A stretch of 33,435 nucleotides of DNA from a virus (taxonomy: Duplodnaviria > Caudoviricetes): positions 1 to 33,435 of the IMG/VR virus record IMGVR_UViG_3300020045_006699. One strand, 5' to 3'. Shown here piece by piece: positions 27,777 to 33,435 of the stretch. Under the pieces are notes generated by a model. That model was not told where the DNA came from and made no database searches. It was given only the letters and a program-made list of their open reading frames with translations. The position numbers and the translations under genes were made by a program. Every line of letters starts with the position of its first letter. Within the stretch, counting starts at the first letter, position 1.

Positions 27777-29678
27777 ATGCCACCAACACTAAAAAAAGGA
27801 CGCGGCTACGAAGTTTCCAAAGAAACGGACACCGTTACAATTCACGGGAAGGACTACGAAATAGCAAACCTGCGCAAAGGTGGGCTAACTATGCAGTCGG
27901 TCGTGCTTATAGCCGTAGACGACAAATGGCACGAAGTAGACGTAACGGGACATTCGGACACTAGCAGCCTGCAGGATTTTATTAAATTTGTAGGTAAACA
28001 CAATTTAACGTTATTGGATTTCGGAATTAAAGAAACTAAACCAGTAATAAATTACGATCTGACGCACCAGGATTATATGCAGTTAGAATCTGAATTTCCA
28101 GGCTACGATTACTACAAAATTTCTAAACTGGATAAATACGAACTGGCTAACGGTGGTAAGTCTGGAATGTACAGTATGCGCCAGATTTTAAAAATGCTAG
28201 TCCGCGACAGTTTAACCGTGGACGAATACATAAAACGAACAGACGAAGCAAAACAAAAAATCATAAATTCAAAACCAGAAAATAAAATGGAAGCAGCAGA
28301 CTTAAACGCCCGTTCGTTCGACAGGGCACAGCAATTAATCGAACTAGGAATGGTTTTCCAAAACCAGACGCCAGAAAACCCTAAAGGCGAAGCCGTAGGA
28401 TTTGGGTTTACAGTCGGTCCTGGTAGCATAGAAACCGACACCGACGAAGACTGGAACGCGTTAGTTATTCGTATTATGGCAGCCACTGGCGAAAATCCAG
28501 TAGCCGAAGCGATAGCCGAAATTATTACGCCTGCTGCAGAAGCAGCGCCAGTAGCGGAAGCCGCACAACCTGCAGCCACTACCGAAGCGCCCGCAAATGC
28601 AGAACCCGCTAAAAAACCTATTTCGCTAGACATTATCGCAGCACTTCCTGCTAGTCGTATCGTTGAATTAAAAGACTTGGAAGCAGGACAAAAAGCAATA
28701 GTAGCAGCTAATCCGATTATAACCATTACGGACAAAGCAACACGCGACGCTGCGGCTAAATCTGTCCAGGTGTTACTAAAAGCGTCTACTGCTATTGACG
28801 GTAAAACTGGAATTCTGGCGAACTTCGTAACTAAAACGAATGCGTTTATCAAAATGGGTAAAGACTACCTAACGCCACTGGCAAAAATTACACGGGATCA
28901 ACACGACGCCCAGAAGAAAATCCTGGAAGCGTGGGACAATGCAGAAGCGATAAAAAAACAAGCGGAAGACAAAGCCAAACTTCTAAAAATCCAGGAACGT
29001 ACAAATAAACTGTTCGCTGTGCCGTTTGTATTTAACGGCGAAATGTACAGTATAGGAACCCATTATGTTATGCCTTCAGACATTGAGAAATGGACAGACG
29101 AAGAATTTAACGCAGCGATTACCAAAGGTGAAGCACTTGTAGCTGCGGCGCAAAACGCAGACGAAGCTAAAAACAATGCGCTGCGCCAGGCTGCCGAAAT
29201 GCTTCGACCATTTAACGCAGAAGCCGCCGACAAACTTCTAATAGATGCAGGGTTAATGGAAGCGCTTAAAACAGCAGCGCCTGCACAGGCTGCACCAGTA
29301 GCACAAACTACAGCACCTGCAGCGCATACTGGAAACGCGGTAGTCGAAGAAAAATCTGCACCTGTAGCCGCTACACAAACCGCTACAGCACCTGCAGCCA
29401 AAACCGCAGCGCCTACAGGGTTTACGCCTTCTACGGAATACGTTCTACCAAACCCTGCTAACACAGTGGTTAATAAATTCGACCTGGAACACTTCGGACT
29501 GGTTAACGAAAACCCAATAAAACCCGCGTTTATCAAATGTCGCGCCTATTTTATTGAAGGATCCCGCCAGACCGCTATAGAAATTCAGAAAATAATCGAC
29601 GGCGAAGCAGTTGTAAACGGTCTTAAAAAATCGGAACGTATCGCAGCGCTATGTGAAGTTTTAATAGCTGCGGTGTAA
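27777..29678 (+). CDS. Large hypothetical protein with coiled-coil core and Ala/Pro-rich linkers
   Basis: 633 aa ORF; possible internal start at 28287. Confidence 0.8.
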   Translation: MPPTLKKGRGYEVSKETDTVTIHGKDYEIANLRKGGLTMQSVVLIAVDDKWHEVDVTGHSDTSSLQDFIKFVGKHNLTLLDFGIKETKPVINYDLTHQDYMQLESEFPGYDYYKISKLDKYELANGGKSGMYSMRQILKMLVRDSLTVDEYIKRTDEAKQKIINSKPENKMEAADLNARSFDRAQQLIELGMVFQNQTPENPKGEAVGFGFTVGPGSIETDTDEDWNALVIRIMAATGENPVAEAIAEIITPAAEAAPVAEAAQPAATTEAPANAEPAKKPISLDIIAALPASRIVELKDLEAGQKAIVAANPIITITDKATRDAAAKSVQVLLKASTAIDGKTGILANFVTKTNAFIKMGKDYLTPLAKITRDQHDAQKKILEAWDNAEAIKKQAEDKAKLLKIQERTNKLFAVPFVFNGEMYSIGTHYVMPSDIEKWTDEEFNAAITKGEALVAAAQNADEAKNNALRQAAEMLRPFNAEAADKLLIDAGLMEALKTAAPAQAAPVAQTTAPAAHTGNAVVEEKSAPVAATQTATAPAAKTAAPTGFTPSTEYVLPNPANTVVNKFDLEHFGLVNENPIKPAFIKCRAYFIEGSRQTAIEIQKIIDGEAVVNGLKKSERIAALCEVLIAAV

Positions 29679-29914
29679 TGTTTGGTATAGTTATATTTTA
29701 CGATCCTAATTACACGACCCAAACTATAAAAGAAATAGGACGGACGCCTGTACTTGATTACATGGACGCGTTAAATATTTACGCCGAAACGCCAAACCCT
29801 GCTAGTCAAATGGTAAAGGGTGAAACCGAAGAAGAACTTCAACTAGAATTAACAAAGCTAGAACAATACGTTAAGAATCCGTACTGGTTAGAAATGCTTT
29901 TCGATTCTATATAA
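29678..29914 (+). CDS. Hypothetical protein
   Basis: TAATG overlap, 78 aa. Confidence 0.7.
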   Translation: MFGIVIFYDPNYTTQTIKEIGRTPVLDYMDALNIYAETPNPASQMVKGETEEELQLELTKLEQYVKNPYWLEMLFDSI

Positions 29915-29968
29915 ATAATTTATAACCTGGGCGCCTGCTTCAGTGGGCGTCCATAAAAATAACCAACC

Positions 29969-30175
29969 ATGAAAAAAATTAGACTATTTTTAGGGCTTTC
30001 TATTTGGTCCAAATGGGAAAATTTATCTGCAGGAACTTTGTCTAACAAACCCTATTTATTACAGGCTAGACAAAACCAATTTGGAAGGGTACAGTTTAAA
30101 GTAAGAAGCACTTCCAACGGCGCCTACTATTGTGATTTTTCTTTACAAATATTAACTGAAAAACTAACCAAATGA
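29969..30175 (+). CDS. Hypothetical protein
   Basis: 68 aa with WSKW motif. Confidence 0.7.
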   Translation: MKKIRLFLGLSIWSKWENLSAGTLSNKPYLLQARQNQFGRVQFKVRSTSNGAYYCDFSLQILTEKLTK

Positions 30176-30372
30176 AAAACGAACCGACACACCTAGAAAT
30201 TTTCCAACGTGAACGAATCAAAGCCCTGGAAGAAGAAGTAGCCAGGTTAAAAAATGTTATAGAAACTGCAGACCCGTTCAAAGCTAAAAGTATTCGGGTT
30301 ATAGACATTCGGGATCCAGATTTTAACAAACCGCTATCCGAAGTGTTTCCTAGTGCTGTAGGCGAATTATAA
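30172..30372 (+). CDS. Hypothetical protein
   Basis: ATGA overlap, 66 aa. Confidence 0.7.
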   Translation: MKNEPTHLEIFQRERIKALEEEVARLKNVIETADPFKAKSIRVIDIRDPDFNKPLSEVFPSAVGEL

Positions 30373-30533
30373 TGGAACCGAATTTATTCCCTGCTTCTGG
30401 CGACGACCGCGACAGATTTAAAATATTCCATGAACAGTATATTTGGAATCTTATCGAAGACGAATGGGAAACCGACAAACTAATTCACGACAACGAAATT
30501 ATAGACAGACCATTAAAACCAAAAACCAAATGA
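30372..30533 (+). CDS. Small acidic protein (53 aa), not in ORF track
   Basis: MEPNLFPASGDDRDRFKIFHEQYIWNLIEDEWETDKLIHDNEIIDRPLKPKTK*; TAATG and ATGA overlaps on its two sides. Confidence 0.7.
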   Translation: MEPNLFPASGDDRDRFKIFHEQYIWNLIEDEWETDKLIHDNEIIDRPLKPKTK

Positions 30534-30874
30534 AATACAGCGTAATTCTATTTATTATTTACTGCTTAATGCTGCTAGCAGTGTTTTTTCTGTACGAACG
30601 TAACTGCAGACTGCGTAAAAAACTACTATCAGAACGCAAAGTTAACGACTTTGTTCTAAAACGTAACCGACAACTGGAAAAAGCCGTTTCTGGTTATAAA
30701 TCGCAAGAAACAGACCTTCGCGGAATTATTCGTTTCCAGGAAGAAGTTATTAAAGACTTCGCGCCAGAACACAGCGACGACAGACCCGTAGTAGATTTTC
30801 CTATTCGATTTACTTTCGATGAACCAACCTGCAGGGAAGAAAATGTTAAACTAGGTAATTCTACAATTATATGA
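30530..30874 (+). CDS. Single-TM coiled-coil protein
   Basis: True start ATG 30530 (MKYSVILFII...). Confidence 0.7.
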   Translation: MKYSVILFIIYCLMLLAVFFLYERNCRLRKKLLSERKVNDFVLKRNRQLEKAVSGYKSQETDLRGIIRFQEEVIKDFAPEHSDDRPVVDFPIRFTFDEPTCREENVKLGNSTII

Positions 30875-31074
30875 AACAAACACCTAAACAAATAATAATC
30901 GCAATAGTAGGAACTATTTCTTTTTTCATTTCAGTAATTAGCTTTACATTAGCTATTATTTTTTATCCAGATCAATTTTTAAATAAAACATTTGTGCTGT
31001 CTTCTGCAATTTTTATAACATGCCTACTTATTGACGCAGAAAAAGACATTAGTGACAATAAAACAGAAAATTAA
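30871..31074 (+). CDS. Small two-TM membrane protein
   Basis: Two hydrophobic segments; possible holin-like protein. Confidence 0.65.
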   Translation: MKQTPKQIIIAIVGTISFFISVISFTLAIIFYPDQFLNKTFVLSSAIFITCLLIDAEKDISDNKTEN

Positions 31075-31092
31075 CTAATACAATTTTATAAC

Positions 31093-31407
31093 ATGTCAAC
31101 AAAAAACAAAATTATCTGGGCAGCAGTTACGCTGCTAATCGTTTGCGGGCTTCTGTACTGGATATACTGTCTGAAAGAAGACATAGTAGCCATAGGGACC
31201 GAAAAAGCAAAAACCGAAGCAGCTACTAAAGTCGATTCAGTAACCACAGCACAGTCTGCGATTATCGACACCGTAAAAAAACAATCCCAAAACAGCGCCG
31301 ACGCTGCCAAATCATTAATTAAAAATTTACCAAATGAAAAAGCTACAGTTAAAGACACTACTTATAGTGCTATGTGTGACTATATCACAAATTACCGCCC
31401 AGACTAA
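31093..31407 (+). CDS. N-terminally anchored membrane protein (i-spanin-like candidate)
   Basis: N-terminal TM plus helical region; overlaps next gene by 74 nt. Confidence 0.6.
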   Translation: MSTKNKIIWAAVTLLIVCGLLYWIYCLKEDIVAIGTEKAKTEAATKVDSVTTAQSAIIDTVKKQSQNSADAAKSLIKNLPNEKATVKDTTYSAMCDYITNYRPD

Positions 31408-31729
31408 CGACAGTCTGAAAATAGCACCGACCCAGGTTAAAAACGTCTACCAGGGACTGCAGCAGGGCGCCCAGTTTAAACAAAAACTGTCCGACTGCAT
31501 AGACACTGCTAATTCGTTAAACGAACTAATACAGCAGCAAAACGACAGCCTGCAGTCTAACGCTGCTAAATTGGTAGATCTAAACAAAAACCTGGCTACT
31601 GCGAATAAGAATTACACGGACACAGCCGTAAAACTTCAGAAGTTGCAGGACAGGAAAACACCCTGGTATAAACATCCGATTCTGTACACGATAATCGGTT
31701 TAATAGGTGGAATCTGGATAATGAAATAG
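31334..31729 (+). CDS. Signal peptide + coiled coil + C-terminal TM (spanin-like candidate)
   Basis: MKKLQLKTLLIVLCVTISQITA/Q; PWYKHP followed by terminal TM. Confidence 0.6.
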   Translation: MKKLQLKTLLIVLCVTISQITAQTNDSLKIAPTQVKNVYQGLQQGAQFKQKLSDCIDTANSLNELIQQQNDSLQSNAAKLVDLNKNLATANKNYTDTAVKLQKLQDRKTPWYKHPILYTIIGLIGGIWIMK

Positions 31730-31731
31730 TT

Positions 31732-31965
31732 ATGGATTTAGAAGCAATGCTTAAAAAAGAATTTCCAGAAAAAGTTATTACTTTGGTAGTAGTTGACAAA
31801 AAGAATGTTTTTATAACGGGACAGGCGCATTATATGGCTTACACCTGTTATAGTAGACTATTCGGAAAAACTCAAACAGCCGAACGACTTGCGGAACGCG
31901 GTGGATTTGGCGAAACTGAATTAAACGCTTTTTATCCAGAATGGCGAAATCACATAGTAAAATAA
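31732..31965 (+). CDS. Hypothetical protein
   Basis: 77 aa with QTAERLAERGG motif. Confidence 0.75.
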   Translation: MDLEAMLKKEFPEKVITLVVVDKKNVFITGQAHYMAYTCYSRLFGKTQTAERLAERGGFGETELNAFYPEWRNHIVK

Positions 31966-31968
31966 TTT

Positions 31969-32103
31969 ATGGAAACACAGGAACAAATTAACGAGCGCCT
32001 ACGCGATCCAGGACCGACCAGGCGACAGATTAAACAGATAGTTAAAAAATCGAAACGGACGCGTCCCACAAACGTAACGCCGAAGAAGAAAAAACGGAAA
32101 TAG
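31969..32103 (+). CDS. Small very basic protein (44 aa), not in ORF track
   Basis: METQEQINERLRDPGPTRRQIKQIVKKSKRTRPTNVTPKKKKRK*. Confidence 0.6.
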   Translation: METQEQINERLRDPGPTRRQIKQIVKKSKRTRPTNVTPKKKKRK

Positions 32104-32131
32104 TTATGGAAAAATAAATTCGAATACCACT

Positions 32132-32166
32132 AAAAAAGAAACCCGCACTATTTGGCGGGTTTTTTA
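32132..32166. terminator. Bidirectional terminator
   Basis: AAAAAAGAAACCCGC-ACTATTTG-GCGGGTTTTTTT between convergent genes. Confidence 0.8.
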
Positions 32167-32183
32167 ATATTCTACAGCGAAGG

Positions 32184-33071
32184 TTAAAAATCGTCTTCGT
32201 CGTCAGTAGCAAATTTATTACCTGCCTGGTCGTAGTCGAAACTGCTATTACCTGCAAACGCTTCTTCTTCTTCGGTTTCTGGGATTTTAAACTGTCCGTC
32301 TTCTTTTAGAAGTAGTGGCTGTATTTTTTCTTCAACTTCTGCAGTTTCAAAATTTTTTCTGTTAACGTAGTTAACCACAAATTTTCCGCGTTCTTCGTTT
32401 AATACACCTAATAAAACTAAATCGTTAACTATCTTTTTAAATGATTCTACAGCTTGTTCCTGCGGTGTAAAAGGTTCGAATTGAATCCTTACTTTATCTT
32501 TATTAGCTGAAACAGAAAACTTCTTACCCATAAAAGTATTAAACTGTGAAGCATATATACGGACAGTTTGCGCCTGTACGTCTTTAGAATCAAATTCTAT
32601 AAACTTTTTACCTTCGTTGTAAGCCTGTTGAATTAATGGAAATACTGAAGGCTTTTTATTTGCTCCGTTAAAAAAAAACACACCTCCAGAAGACGTTAAA
32701 CGAACTCCGTTATTTTCGGCTATCTTTTTGGCGTACATTTTTAATTTAGGATTAATATTTATCTGTATAATAGTTTTTTGATTATAAGCACGCTTTGCAA
32801 CTTCTAATAATTCCACCTCTTCTTCTGTTATTGAAGGTGGCGAACTGTCTTTATCCGACCATATAACAGAATAAACAGTACCTTCTTCGGTTTCTTCGTC
32901 CATAACGATTCTTATAGAATCTTTACCCACTAATTCATTAATAACAGAAATATATCTGTTAAACTTTGCTTCAGAATCTAAACTATCGAACCTTACCAAA
33001 TTGGAACCATAGTCCAAAAAATCTAAAAAATCGTTAATTCCGTTTTCTGATAATAAAATTACATTTTCCAT
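32184..33071 (-). CDS. Hypothetical protein with acidic C-terminus, possibly DNA-binding
   Basis: Long minus-strand ORF; likely start MENVILL (ATG at 33071). Confidence 0.75.
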   Translation of the reverse strand: MENVILLSENGINDFLDFLDYGSNLVRFDSLDSEAKFNRYISVINELVGKDSIRIVMDEETEEGTVYSVIWSDKDSSPPSITEEEVELLEVAKRAYNQKTIIQININPKLKMYAKKIAENNGVRLTSSGGVFFFNGANKKPSVFPLIQQAYNEGKKFIEFDSKDVQAQTVRIYASQFNTFMGKKFSVSANKDKVRIQFEPFTPQEQAVESFKKIVNDLVLLGVLNEERGKFVVNYVNRKNFETAEVEEKIQPLLLKEDGQFKIPETEEEEAFAGNSSFDYDQAGNKFATDDEDDF

Positions 33072-33207
33072 AATTATTATATATTTATATTTTTTACAAA
33101 TATATATAAATAATTTCATTAGTTAAAAGTTTATTTATGATTAATTAAAATTTTATACATTATATAATATTTAATATATATTTATAAATATTTTTTACAC
33201 TAAATCC

Positions 33208-33281
33208 GTGACAGTTTGTGACAATTTTGTGACAACTAAACCCAATAACGGTGGGCAGTCACGTGCTGTCTACAAAGTCAC
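33208..33281. repeat. Head-to-head iteron-like array next to AT-rich tracts (origin or packaging site candidate)
   Basis: GTGACA at 33208, 33218, 33229; inverted GTCAC 33258, GTCTAC 33268, GTCAC 33277. Confidence 0.65.
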
Positions 33282-33435
33282 GCCCGAAAACATACACCAA
33301 GACTTTGAACGAAAAATTGATAAATTATAAATATATATATAATTTATTAAAATTTTGTATGGAAGACCCTCTATATATATTATTTATTGTAGACTTAATA
33401 ATAATAAGTAGCATTTTCCCAGTGGTGGCGCGGTC

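Noticed and set aside
30443-30529. TTG start for the 143-aa ORF
   Set aside because: A translationally coupled 53-aa ORF occupies this span and ATG 30530 gives a clean N-terminal TM
32079-32100. SV40-like nuclear localisation signal PKKKKRK
   Set aside because: Lys-rich tails arise easily in A-rich phage genes and nothing else indicates a eukaryotic target
126-32257. Numerous antisense ORFs in the track (e.g. 5532-6005, 7938-8435, 24713-25363, 28112-28852)
   Set aside because: They are shadows of well-supported genes on the opposite strand and show no recognisable motifs
1-33435. CRISPR array, tRNA genes, integrase/att site, invertible fibre cassette, stop-codon reassignment
   Set aside because: I saw no regularly spaced repeats, cloverleafs or recombinase; genes are full length in the standard code with TAA, TAG and TGA all used as stops

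Overview
Partial genome of a Bacteroidota (Flavobacterium-like) phage with a P2/Mu-type contractile tail. The host inference rests on TAnnTTTG promoters, A-rich leaders without Shine-Dalgarno, and a DUF3127 gene. Layout: 1-16.3 kb is the tail/baseplate/lysis module (sheath, tube, chaperone with -1 frameshift, tape measure, gpU/X/D/V/W/J/I-like proteins, short fibre, GH73 endolysin). 16.8-20.1 kb is a leftward recombination operon (RecE-like, DUF3127, RecT-like). 20.2-32.1 kb is a rightward replication/early operon (YopX, Cro-like HTH, SF2 helicase, HNH, GIY-YIG, VRR-NUC, primase-helicase, many small ORFs). The right end holds an iteron-like AT-rich region. No head, terminase, integrase or CI gene is recognisable in the window. 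Most notable: a self-contained moron with acr/aca-like architecture after the tape measure gene; extreme GAG/CTC avoidance that breaks down in accessory genes; a second, mosaic tape-measure allele fused in frame to the sheath (possibly an assembly chimera); a RecE homologue with its catalytic residues replaced; a CCC-TAA +1 frameshift candidate; a signal-peptide-bearing esterase inside the baseplate module; a duplicated promoter/operator; and candidate small RNAs.
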